A DNA stretch of 64,000 bases, taken from IMG/VR virus record IMGVR_UViG_3300042975_000096. The stretch is one strand, 5' to 3'. Below the pieces are notes generated by a model. That model was given only the letters and a program-made list of their open reading frames with translations. It made no database searches and had not been told where the DNA came from. The stretch is from a virus (Duplodnaviria > Caudoviricetes). The translations under genes were made by a program, and so were the position numbers. Of the stretch, positions 40,633-50,067 are shown in pieces (position 1 is the stretch's first letter; each line of letters begins with the position of its first letter).

Positions 40633-40803
40633 CTCTCTCTTTAACTTGCTTAACCTATCTCTTAACCATGCTTAAATAATACCACAAATCAACGTAAATG
40701 TCAATAGGTTTTTTATTTTTTTGTAACATTAGTAACCATTTTTATAATAATCTGAAAATAATTTTGATATAAAAAAGAGAGGGAATATATCCCCCCCCTT
40801 TTT

Positions 40804-41214
40804 TCACTTCTGTGCTATCTGCTTAATAGCAAGCTCAACAAGCATATTAAAAATATATTCGTCGGTAATCCCCATAGCCAATACTATTTTCTTAACGGTT
40901 TCTTTACGCAAATTGTTCAAAGAACCACGTGCTTTATCTGAATCATGACATGCATGACGAACATCTTCCGACCTAGCTCCATATGCGCTAACCAGTTCAC
41001 GATATGCAGGAGATTCCGTACTAATATGAGCCATTTCAAGAAGTTCAAGACATTTCATATAGGTTTTTCTTTTTTCATCATACCGCTTAATATTAAACTC
41101 AATATTATTTATACGCTTATGAATAGCCAAAGCGTTCTTATCCGTATTTTCAAAATCTAAAACAGTATCAACAATAGTGGAAACGACTGCGAAAACATTA
41201 TTCTGAATATCCAT
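40804..41214 (-). CDS. hypothetical protein
   Basis: Cassette gene with promoter, RBS and terminator. Confidence 0.85.
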   Translation of the reverse strand: MDIQNNVFAVVSTIVDTVLDFENTDKNALAIHKRINNIEFNIKRYDEKRKTYMKCLELLEMAHISTESPAYRELVSAYGARSEDVRHACHDSDKARGSLNNLRKETVKKIVLAMGITDEYIFNMLVELAIKQIAQK

Positions 41215-41624
41215 GATTAATTACCTCTCTTTTTAACTTGCTTAACTATCTCTTAACCATGCTTAAATAATACCACAAATTAATGTAAATGTCAATAGTT
41301 TTTAAAAACATTTTTCAGTTTTCAGAATATTATAAAATAATTTGCGATGAAAAAAGAAGGAGGGAAGTTAATCCCTCCTATGATTAAAGTTTCTCCAACA
41401 CAAGGCTGGTAAGGAACGAAATTGATTCTTAATCAATGATTCCCATATCTGGAATGATTTTTTCAGCTAAAATCATTTTTCTATTTTTTGGAAATCTTTT
41501 TTGTCCAATTATTAATTTCCTCTGTTTTCCCCTCAATATATGTTTTTCTTGTTTGTGTGTTCTTTGCCAATTTGTAGCGCAAAAAAAAGAGAAGGTGTTA
41601 TTTCCCTTCTCTCTAAATTAAACC

Positions 41625-42371
41625 TTACGGTTCAAACCTATACTTATTTAAGAATGACTGCAACGAAACCGGAAAATCGTTGAAACTAACGGTTACGTCT
41701 GTATAACGTTGCGTATAATTTTTATATGTAAAATCCGTTTTATAATTCTTCATATCGCCACTTGACTTTACAACTTTAATCATACATTTTAACCATTCGT
41801 CACATTGTGCATGAACGGCATCAAACTGAATGTTTGAATCACCATTAATAGAGGATAAACCCCAACAATCTACAAAACTTTCCTCAAATGAAGTTTGCAT
41901 ATCACAAAAAATAGGAGTAGTAACGTCAATGTTATTGAAACGTGTTTTATTATCAAAAGTATCTGCTGAAATTAATATTCCGGTTTCATCATTCCACGCA
42001 AACACCTTTTTTTCTTGTGAAGTTTTCTTGTCGAATGTATGTCCAAAAAAGTCATACGTAACAAACTCAAAGTTAAATTTTTTCATTACTTCAAGGAACT
42101 CTTTCAAACCAATAGAATTATATAAATCATACGCATATACATTGCTTAATTTTGCATATATATTTCTTTTGTTTTCATTTACATATAAAACCTTATCAAT
42201 TTTATAAAATCCCTCTTTAGTAATTTTGTTTTCGTCTTTAGCTGAATATACACGACTTCCATCTTGCGTATATCCAACATAACCAGAAAAATCAATTACT
42301 TTCCAATCCATTTTATCAGCAGGAATATAATATCCTTTCATATGTACAATTTCGCCAATATAATCATTCAT
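41625..42371 (-). CDS. hypothetical protein; paralog of 39087..39854
   Basis: Start set at the RBS-preceded MNDYIG. Confidence 0.85.
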   Translation of the reverse strand: MNDYIGEIVHMKGYYIPADKMDWKVIDFSGYVGYTQDGSRVYSAKDENKITKEGFYKIDKVLYVNENKRNIYAKLSNVYAYDLYNSIGLKEFLEVMKKFNFEFVTYDFFGHTFDKKTSQEKKVFAWNDETGILISADTFDNKTRFNNIDVTTPIFCDMQTSFEESFVDCWGLSSINGDSNIQFDAVHAQCDEWLKCMIKVVKSSGDMKNYKTDFTYKNYTQRYTDVTVSFNDFPVSLQSFLNKYRFEP

Positions 42372-42385
42372 TTCTACACAACCTT

Positions 42386-42769
42386 TCATAATGTATTTAA
42401 TATCGTAACATAATATCTGCAAGCACCTAAAATGTTTCTTTTTTTATAGGAATTAAGAATAATTGATTTTATGGAGTATTTTTCTAATTTCTCATCTTTC
42501 TCCAATAAGAATTTATATTTATGCCATTTACACAAAAAGAACTTATTCGTAACCCATTCGTTTTGAATCAAATGTAACATATCAATAAGAGAACTATCTT
42601 CAACCAGATAAAGATAAACAACCAAAGAATCATTTTCAGTTACTACCTTGACTGAATCAACTTCCATAGAAACGGAATCTATCATATTAACACGAATAAA
42701 TCTTTCTAAATAATCAAGTTGCTTTTCCTTTAACACTTTTTTCATCCCCTTTAATTTATATAATACCAT
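42386..42769 (-). CDS. hypothetical protein; paralog of 47352..47681
   Basis: ENDSLVVYLY.VE.SSLI..L.L..NEWV shared; true start probably a few codons downstream. Confidence 0.75.
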   Translation of the reverse strand: MVLYKLKGMKKVLKEKQLDYLERFIRVNMIDSVSMEVDSVKVVTENDSLVVYLYLVEDSSLIDMLHLIQNEWVTNKFFLCKWHKYKFLLEKDEKLEKYSIKSIILNSYKKRNILGACRYYVTILNTL

Positions 42770-42869
42770 ATATTATTCAATTTGTCAACACTTTTTTAAA
42801 ATATATTATTTCTAAATATTCTGAAACATTATTAATAAAAAAATAAATGGGATATATAATATATCCCAT

Positions 42870-43229
42870 TTAATAACTAACCCAATAGTAGATAGAATAA
42901 TCATCGTCTATGGCTTTAATAGCCTTGCTAATACCTTCTGTATCTGCAACATCGTGACCAAATTTATGATAATTCGGTTCAATATCATAATCTAATGCTA
43001 ATAAAGATTTTGCCATTTTTAACTGTTCTTTATTAAGCAACGTGTATCCCAAATTCGGTATAGATTTTGCAACTCCCATAATAGCAATATGCAATGGTTT
43101 ACTCGACGTGCTATATATAGATTTTGTTTCAAAAATGGCGTGTCTTATATTTTTTGGGCGAATCAAGTAATCATGTTCGTCAATTACCGCTTCAACAGGA
43201 ACGGCAATAAATTTATTATCTATTCCCAT
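42870..43229 (-). CDS. hypothetical protein
   Basis: ORF followed by a terminator. Confidence 0.8.
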   Translation of the reverse strand: MGIDNKFIAVPVEAVIDEHDYLIRPKNIRHAIFETKSIYSTSSKPLHIAIMGVAKSIPNLGYTLLNKEQLKMAKSLLALDYDIEPNYHKFGHDVADTEGISKAIKAIDDDYSIYYWVSY

Positions 43230-43241
43230 TTTCTATACCAC

Positions 43242-43628
43242 TCATTTCATTACCTTCATAAGGTCATTAACAAACTCGAACAAATCCTCTGCTTCAATAA
43301 TCACTTCTTCGTAACCGCCACTATGCCCTTTTTCGTAAGCCCTCTGCCAAACAATATCGAACACTTTTTTGTCCATGCCAAAATCATTGCGAACAGATTC
43401 TTTCAGAACTTCTTCAAGCTCATTCGTTTTATCATAATATGCTTTCCTTGCCTGTTTATAATATTCGTCAATATTGCTTTTGATTTCTTTCTGTTTTGCT
43501 TCCAGCTCTTTCATTGTGCCGACGAACGTTTTTTCAAATTTATCCATTTCTTTTTTTTCAATTTTTCTTTTATCAGGATATGACACAGATTCAATTTCTT
43601 TAATGATTTTTACTGCTTCGTCTGTCAT
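43242..43628 (-). CDS. conserved phage hypothetical protein
   Basis: VW.RAYEKGHSGGY.EV motif; coiled coil. Confidence 0.85.
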   Translation of the reverse strand: MTDEAVKIIKEIESVSYPDKRKIEKKEMDKFEKTFVGTMKELEAKQKEIKSNIDEYYKQARKAYYDKTNELEEVLKESVRNDFGMDKKVFDIVWQRAYEKGHSGGYEEVIIEAEDLFEFVNDLMKVMK

Positions 43629-43702
43629 TTTTTATTCCTTCTTTCTTCAATTCAATCTCTACTATTATAGTATCACATTTTTTATTTTTTGTCAATAGTT
43701 TT

Positions 43703-43906
43703 TTAAATTTCTTCCATTACTCCATATTTTTTCATTTCATATATCATGTGGTTAAATCCTTCATGTGTAACTTCTCGCGTTTTCCGATTAATAAATACAC
43801 TCTCGCCAAAAACTTCGTCATTCATAAAAAACCCAATTTCGTTCTTTTCCCAACGACCACCGCTAAATTCCATATCCATATCAACATCTTTTTTTACAAC
43901 CAACAT
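43703..43906 (-). CDS. hypothetical protein
   Basis: RBS AGGGGG before MLVVKK. Confidence 0.75.
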   Translation of the reverse strand: MLVVKKDVDMDMEFSGGRWEKNEIGFFMNDEVFGESVFINRKTREVTHEGFNHMIYEMKKYGVMEEI

Positions 43907-43919
43907 TGTCAATTCCCCC

Positions 43920-44182
43920 TTAATCATTCACTGACATAACAATTTTTCTTTTTTCAATAAGAGAAACCAAATCCTCAACATATTTCAATTCACGCACCCG
44001 TATGGGTGCGACATAAAGCGTGTAATGGGAAATTATTTCAATTCAGTTTCAACGATTTTGAAATCCAGTTTCATTTCTTCATCCTGCAAAAGCATTTTCT
44101 TTGTTACATTCATTGTAAACAAAACATTATCTTTTCCTTTTGCTTTAATTACATTTTTAATTTCACTCCAAGTAATAAACAT
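43920..44182 (-). pseudogene. small gene interrupted by a 53-bp CRISPR spacer+repeat insertion
   Basis: MFITWSEIK...KIVETELK* (44182-44033); deleting one TGAATTGAAAT copy plus the intervening DNA restores the frame: ...ETELKYVEDLVSLIEKRKIVMSVND* ending at 43920. Confidence 0.7.
43982..44045 (-). CRISPR. type I-C solitary repeat with a 22-nt spacer and an 11-nt partial repeat
   Basis: TGAATTGAAAT (44045-44035) + AATTTCCCATTACACGCTTTAT + GTCGCACCCATACGGGTGCGTGAATTGAAAT (44012-43982). Confidence 0.85.
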
Positions 44183-44344
44183 TTATAACTCCCCCCTTTC
44201 TTTAACTCATACTTAACTCTTATACTATAATACCACAGTATTAAATAATTGTCAACACATTTTTTATTTTATATATTTCTAAATATTCTGAAAACAATAC
44301 GATGGATAAAAAATACAGGTCTATCGTATAGACCTGTATCGATA

Positions 44345-44923
44345 TTATTCTTCTTCCAACTTATTGAGTTCTTCAAGCATAGCTTCTTCTGTCAATTTTT
44401 TAATTTCATTGAATGTATAAACTTTAATCAAGGTGCAACCGTAATACTCGTGATTTTCATCTTTTGATACACTCGCATAACGACCTTGATTGCTTTCCTT
44501 AGTGTTGAACCCTGTATATACTTCAAGGGTATTATCGTCAAGATTGATAATGTATCCCCATTCACAAAATAACGAATCATAAATGAAATTGTTACTGTTA
44601 ATGTAATACGGCAATTTGTTTACAATGTATGCAACAAGATTTCCCTGTGCTTCTCTTAATGCAACGTACCATGATTCTGAATCACATTTAGACATTTCAT
44701 GACGATAATTATAAGCAAGCTCTTTAAGCTCATTTTTTGTCGGCTTTTTATCTTCGTCAACAGCCGTCATCCTATCAAATGCGCTTTTCATATCTTCCAC
44801 TTTATACTCTTTGATTGCTTCAAAAACCTCTTTGCCTAAATAAGTTGGGTAGGAATCACCATGATTATACATAAGTTTATCTTCGTTATTTTTTCTAAAA
44901 CCCCATACGCCACGTGTACTCAT
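44345..44923 (-). CDS. conserved phage hypothetical protein; paralog of 55730..56308
   Basis: MSTRG.WGF...YNH.DSYP..LG...SLFCEWGYIINLD..TLEVY.G. Confidence 0.88.
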   Translation of the reverse strand: MSTRGVWGFRKNNEDKLMYNHGDSYPTYLGKEVFEAIKEYKVEDMKSAFDRMTAVDEDKKPTKNELKELAYNYRHEMSKCDSESWYVALREAQGNLVAYIVNKLPYYINSNNFIYDSLFCEWGYIINLDDNTLEVYTGFNTKESNQGRYASVSKDENHEYYGCTLIKVYTFNEIKKLTEEAMLEELNKLEEE

Positions 44924-45060
44924 TTCAAAAGCCCCTTTTCTTTAACTCTTTTATTAACTCTATACATATAATAACACAACTTTAGTTCTTTGTCAATAGT
45001 TTTTTAAAAATATTTTATCTATATTTTTCAGACTATTATGAAACTATTTATAGGCAAAAT

Positions 45061-45078
45061 AAAAAGGGGTTTCCCCCT
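45061..45078 (-). terminator. terminator closing the CRISPR mini-array transcript
   Basis: AGGGGGAAACCCCTTTTT. Confidence 0.7.
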
Positions 45079-45125
45079 ATTTATTAAAGCCCGAAAACCT
45101 TTCCCCAATCAAGTGTAGCCACAGC

Positions 45126-45221
45126 ATTTCAATTCACGCACCCGTATGGGTGCGACTAATGCCTGAAATTAGATTGACTCTATATCAGGTATTTCAATTC
45201 ACGCACCCGTATGGGTGCGAC
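45126..45221 (-). CRISPR. type I-C CRISPR mini-array (two identical 31-nt repeats, 34-nt spacer)
   Basis: GTCGCACCCATACGGGTGCGTGAATTGAAAT at 45221-45191 and 45156-45126; spacer ACCTGATATAGAGTCAATCTAATTTCAGGCATTA; GTCGC..hairpin..ATTGAAAT is the I-C repeat type. Confidence 0.93.
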
Positions 45222-45421
45222 AGCACACATGCCAAAGCCTTGCTACGCAAGGGTTGAAATGGCACTTTGTGCGAACCCCTTAATATTTTACGAATTTCGT
45301 TGACACGCCCACATGAAAATGCGTATGAACCCTGTAAAACAAAGGGGTGCGAAGCACCTAGCGTTTTTCTGTTCACTTATGCTTCGCACTTATTATAACA
45401 TTATGTTTGTTATTTTGTCAA
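45222..45421 (-). promoter_or_regulatory. type I-C CRISPR leader with promoter
   Basis: GTGCGAAGCA-TAAGTGAACAGAAAAACGCTAGG-TGCTTCGCAC inverted repeat typical of Bacillota I-C leaders; TTGACA-18-TATAAT at 45421-45392. Confidence 0.8.
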
Positions 45422-45680
45422 GTGCTTTTTTTACATTCATTTTCAGACAATTATGAAATACTATAATAAGAATGTATTTTTTTCAAAGATAATTTTTTCT
45501 ACCTTCAATAACACTTTTTTGTGTTCCCATGTATATTTAATATGCTCTTTATTTTTAATCATATATACCTCCATTCCTTCTTGTAATTACCCACATTGGT
45601 TTTTATATCAATGTGGGTAAAACTTATATATATTATATTATAAATGCCCTCACAATTGATTTACCGGCTTTTGACAGATA

Positions 45681-45956
45681 TTAATCCCAATCAATATCTG
45701 TCAAATCTCCAAAATTAACACTCTGTATATACTTGTTTGCTTCTTCGTCAGAATTAGCTTCAACAGTAACATATCCATTTACCTCTAATGTAAGAACGCC
45801 ATCCTCCAAACTGATAGGAGTTCCTTCAATATTATACATTTCTGAACCGCAATCAATTTCAGATATTACATCGCACATATCATTCATAACAGTTGCGATA
45901 TTTTTATATTCTGTATTAAGCTCAATGAATCCCGTTACGGTTTTTGTAATTTCCAT
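45681..45956 (-). CDS. small acidic hypothetical protein
   Basis: RBS AAGGGG; D/E-rich. Confidence 0.8.
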   Translation of the reverse strand: MEITKTVTGFIELNTEYKNIATVMNDMCDVISEIDCGSEMYNIEGTPISLEDGVLTLEVNGYVTVEANSDEEANKYIQSVNFGDLTDIDWD

Positions 45957-45971
45957 TTTAGTTACCCCTTT

Positions 45972-46419
45972 TCATTTCTTTGTATAATCATGTGCACCTT
46001 CACAAGTACACCATTTCTCATGACATTTAGTGCGTTTACCAGACCTCAACAATGTACTCGCAACCGTTACTTTATTGCCACAATCGCATTCACAATCATA
46101 CTTCACCACCATATTTGTTGAAGCCTTTTCATTTTTACAAATAACTCGCAAATGTCCGTACCGTTTGTTAATCAGATTCAGCATTTTTTTACCTTTATTA
46201 TCGCTTGTGGATTTACGTCCTATCCTCACAACCACATGAATGACAACCATTATTTAACTGTCCTGTTGTTCTATACACCATATTACCACATTTGCACTTA
46301 CAAAGCCATAGTGCGTGTTTACCTCTATTCCCTGCACGTTGAATAACTTTCAGACTGCCAAATTCACGTCCTTTTAAATGTGCAACATTATGGTCATACA
46401 TTATAACTTTCGCACTCAT
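45972..46419 (-). CDS. two C.CDCG Zn-binding repeats (AP2/HNH-endonuclease-associated type), split over two overlapping frames
   Basis: LKGREFGSLKV...WLCKCKCGN...L..G..SCGC (46213..46419) and LINKRYGHLRV...CECDCGN.V.V...LRSG (45972..46250); no nuclease domain. Confidence 0.7.
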
Positions 46420-46566
46420 TTCAAATCACCCTCTCTATTATTATAATACCATATATATCTTTATTTGTCAACTATTTTTTAATGTTTTGTTTTGGGATGA
46501 TATTTAGAATAGTTTGAAAACTTATAGCAGACAATAATAAAAGAGGGGATTTCTCCCCCCTTAATG

Positions 46567-47145
46567 TTAATCATCCAAATCCAAAATTTCCTGCAATTCG
46601 TCTGGTACGTCAATCGAACCGCTCAAATCAATTACCCTATCTGCAATATCGTCAATCGCTTCAACCAGCTCATGCTCAATATCATACGAACTTACAGAAT
46701 GGAGATTCCCATAAGCATTGAAGTGGAAATATTCATCCGTAGTGGCATTGAATCCGTCACCATAATTAATCATATTTGCAATATCTGTTGGCGTTTTCCC
46801 TTCCATAATCGAATCAAATTCACTCATATCAATATAATCATAATCATCCATAGAACCGTCGTAGCTATTGATTTCACAAACAATTCCCTGCAAAGAATCG
46901 TGATTATCGTTCAGCCATTCAATTACCGCCTCACGAATATCTGGCGTTGCTACAATATCATTATTGTGCTCTTCATCGCTGAACTCATGATATTCAATAG
47001 CTTCATCCAACGTATAACCGTTATCGTCGCAATCCTCATCCATAACCTCAAAGAATTTCTTAAACTGTTCTTTAAGCTCATCCTCATTCATACGTACTTC
47101 TTTAGCTTCACCATTCGTAGTAACCTTTACATTGTAATTCATCAT
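46567..47145 (-). CDS. highly acidic protein, possible DNA mimic
   Basis: ~53 D/E vs ~9 K/R in 192 aa (hand count); DEYFHFNAYGNL motif. Confidence 0.8.
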   Translation of the reverse strand: MMNYNVKVTTNGEAKEVRMNEDELKEQFKKFFEVMDEDCDDNGYTLDEAIEYHEFSDEEHNNDIVATPDIREAVIEWLNDNHDSLQGIVCEINSYDGSMDDYDYIDMSEFDSIMEGKTPTDIANMINYGDGFNATTDEYFHFNAYGNLHSVSSYDIEHELVEAIDDIADRVIDLSGSIDVPDELQEILDLDD

Positions 47146-47351
47146 TTCAAAAACCCCTTTTCTTTGTTTAACTCTCTCTTAACTCTGTTTATATAATACC
47201 ACACAATATTATAAATGTCAACAACTTTTTAAACTTTTTTATTGGATTTTTTAATGCATATACCTTCCCATTGTTTTATAATATTCTGAAATATTTTACC
47301 TCTAAAAAAACAGGACTTGTATGTTGGCAACAAGTCCTGTTTCCTATCGTT

Positions 47352-47681
47352 TTACTGCACCGTTTCATTCAGCATTTTAATGAAATCAACACATGCATTA
47401 ACGCTACCTTCGCCTTTATATGAATCAATAAGAATTGATTCAATTGAACATCCTGCTGGTAAAAAGCTCTCATCTTTTTCAAGTAAAAAGCCATATCCTA
47501 CCCATTCATTTTCAACCAAATTCAGTGTATTGATAAGTGAACTGTTTTCAACAGGATAAAGGTATACAACCAAAGAATCATTTTCCACTCTCACTTCAAT
47601 AGAAGCAAGTTCTTTAGAGATGGATTTGTTTATATTGATACGAATAAGTTTTGCTAACAGTTCAAATTGTACGTTCGTCAT
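47352..47681 (-). CDS. hypothetical protein; paralog of 42386..42769
   Basis: Shared ENDSLVVYLY block. Confidence 0.85.
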   Translation of the reverse strand: MTNVQFELLAKLIRININKSISKELASIEVRVENDSLVVYLYPVENSSLINTLNLVENEWVGYGFLLEKDESFLPAGCSIESILIDSYKGEGSVNACVDFIKMLNETVQ

Positions 47682-47860
47682 TTTAGATTACCCCTTCCGC
47701 AACTCTCTCTTAACTCTGATATAATAATACCACAGTTCTTGTTATTTGTCAAGATATTTTTTAATAAATTGGTTAGCTAATTATTGCTAAATATTCTGAA
47801 ATATTTTAGGGATAAAAATTAAGAGGTCTATATATAGACCTCTTAATTACACTTGTTTAG

Positions 47861-48223
47861 TTATTCCCACTCTCGACCAATTTCAACAACAGTTTCTTTG
47901 CCATCGCCGTTCTTACTCTCGATTCTATACTCAATACCGTTTGGTATTTCAACAACCTTCAAACGACTTGATTTCATACTTGCTTTTTCTCCTAGTTTTT
48001 CAACAACTGAAACCATTTTTTTGTCAGTACGATAATATTCTGTAATATACGGAATATGATTCTTGTCTGCCATTTCATAGAATCCTTGAAAATCGTCTGG
48101 TACTTCCTGTCGATTATGAAAAAATTTAACATCCTCAATTCCCTTTAGTTTCAGAATTTCTTTCATAGCCAAAACACTAAGACAAAAACATCCACCCGGT
48201 TTTGAATTAATAACAAGTTTCAT
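47861..48223 (-). CDS. conserved phage hypothetical protein
   Basis: MK.VIN..GG.F.LS...RTD..V.VVE.LGE.A....LKVVEIP pattern. Confidence 0.85.
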   Translation of the reverse strand: MKLVINSKPGGCFCLSVLAMKEILKLKGIEDVKFFHNRQEVPDDFQGFYEMADKNHIPYITEYYRTDKKMVSVVEKLGEKASMKSSRLKVVEIPNGIEYRIESKNGDGKETVVEIGREWE

Positions 48224-48238
48224 TTGTATAACCCTCTC

Positions 48239-48481
48239 TCATTTCTGTATCATAGGATAGATTTTTGCAAACCTATCTGCCATTTCTTGATTCCAAATAT
48301 ATAGCATTACATGTGGGGAAATATGTTCTTCCCTAAAATCTGGGAAAAACAGCTCAAAATATTCTCTACAAATACCTGCTAACTGTCCTGTCTTGTTATA
48401 TTCTTCTAATTCATAATAACCCTTCATAATATCTTCAATCGGAAGTTTTCCTAAAATTTCTTTCATGTTCTCATTTTTCAT
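48239..48481 (-). CDS. hypothetical protein
   Basis: RBS GAGGGA; promoter upstream. Confidence 0.75.
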   Translation of the reverse strand: MKNENMKEILGKLPIEDIMKGYYELEEYNKTGQLAGICREYFELFFPDFREEHISPHVMLYIWNQEMADRFAKIYPMIQK

Positions 48482-48541
48482 GCTATTTCCCTCTTTCAGT
48501 TATTATAATATCATGAATTAATGTTTTTGTCAATATGTTTT

Positions 48542-48955
48542 TTAATAATTTAATTCTTCTTTTGCAAACCCTTCATCCGTGGAATAATAAATGGTTTTTA
48601 TTCCTACTTGCTTAATCATTGTCAAACAAGCCTTACAAGGTCTTGCAAGTGAAGGTTTACCGTGCTTGTACCGATATACATATATTTCTGCTTTTGTTAA
48701 ATCATAGTCCATAGCTTTAATAATACATGCCATTTCTGCATGAGTTGAATTTCGACACCTGTCTACGAATCTATTTTCGCCCCATCGAACCAAATTATAT
48801 TTTGCTTGTAATGGGTGTGATTTTTTCAAATTCGGACTAACAGCAACAATATCTTTATTCAGTACAAGGATTGCCCCTATTTTTACTCTATCAAATTCAG
48901 ACGTAAGACTTACTTCTTTTGCTATGTTAAAATATCGCGCTTCTCTATTATTCAT
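48542..48955 (-). CDS. Zn-dependent cytidine/dCMP-deaminase-superfamily protein
   Basis: HAE...PCKAC catalytic motifs; KIGAILV; GIKTIYYST. Confidence 0.88.
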   Translation of the reverse strand: MNNREARYFNIAKEVSLTSEFDRVKIGAILVLNKDIVAVSPNLKKSHPLQAKYNLVRWGENRFVDRCRNSTHAEMACIIKAMDYDLTKAEIYVYRYKHGKPSLARPCKACLTMIKQVGIKTIYYSTDEGFAKEELNY

Positions 48956-49110
48956 TGTTTTCCCTCTTTACTATCTATACTATAATTATATAGAATAAAT
49001 AATAATTTGTCAACCATATTTTAACACAATTATATTTCAGAATATTTTGAAATATGAACATATACAATAAAAAAGCAAGGGATTTTCCTTGCTTTTTGTA
49101 TGACAAAAAA

Positions 49111-49323
49111 TCATTTTTCTTTATTGTAAATCGAACGAATAATTGTTTTCATGATTCCATTATCATGGTCATGGTTACAACTATATTGCATATATGGTTT
49201 ACCCTCTTTATATACAATGTATCTACAACTAGAGCCATTTGTTTCATGAATAACTAAATATCCATTATGCACACATTTACCATATCTTATCATTATTTTT
49301 TCTCCATTATCGATACAACTCAT
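49111..49323 (-). CDS. hypothetical protein
   Basis: Short ORF before a terminator. Confidence 0.55.
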   Translation of the reverse strand: MSCIDNGEKIMIRYGKCVHNGYLVIHETNGSSCRYIVYKEGKPYMQYSCNHDHDNGIMKTIIRSIYNKEK

Positions 49324-49507
49324 TCAGTTCGTCAATTTTCAAAAGGCTTACACGCAAAAGGTGATTGTAATTCTTTGCTTTTGCATTTTCATAATATTCA
49401 TCAATTTCTTCTTCGGATTTTCCTTCTTTTTTCATGGCATTTGCAACGTAGCCCATAACACAAAATGCATTACCGTCAACCCCTACCAAACTGTACTTTT
49501 CGTCCAT
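49307..49507 (-). CDS. conserved small phage protein; paralog of 50068..50289
   Basis: LVGVDGNAF.VMGYV..AM...G...EEI..Y...A...Y..LL. Confidence 0.85.
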   Translation of the reverse strand: MDEKYSLVGVDGNAFCVMGYVANAMKKEGKSEEEIDEYYENAKAKNYNHLLRVSLLKIDELNELYR

Positions 49508-49723
49508 TGTTATTGCCCCTTTTCTTTAATAAACTATTTTTTCTCTATGGTTATATAATACCACTTTATTAGCTTTATGTCAATAGTTTTTGAAAAAAAT
49601 TTCTGTTTTTTTAAGATTAAATATTATAGAAATCAATAAACCGAAACAATTTCAGAATATTATAAAATAATATGATTTGATAAAAAACATGAAAGGTATA
49701 TATACCTTTCATGTTTTTATTAT

Positions 49724-50035
49724 TCAGAAACCATCTTTTAAAACTTCGTTCATAGCTTGTGTAGGAGTTCCACTATATAAATTGTTATTCGCAATACTTT
49801 CTAAATTAATTTCTACATCACGATTTACTTTTTTCCCATCAATTTCAATCCAACTATTTCCACAACCAATGTTGCCAAAACTTTTTATCATTTCAGTTCT
49901 ATGCTCCATAAGCTTTTTTGTAGCAAGCAAAAGATTTCTTCCGCTAGTCTTATTCCAGCAATATTTTTCTTTAATCTCTCCACCGCCTTGGCTTGCATAG
50001 ATACCACTATCAAGTCTGGTCATAATTTTAATCAT
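49724..50035 (-). CDS. hypothetical protein
   Basis: RBS GAGGGGG. Confidence 0.8.
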   Translation of the reverse strand: MIKIMTRLDSGIYASQGGGEIKEKYCWNKTSGRNLLLATKKLMEHRTEMIKSFGNIGCGNSWIEIDGKKVNRDVEINLESIANNNLYSGTPTQAMNEVLKDGF

Positions 50036-50067
50036 TTCTTTTCCCCCTCATTACTCTCACATATTAT

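Noticed and set aside
45194-45376. 60-aa ORF
   Set aside because: Lies entirely in the CRISPR leader and repeat.
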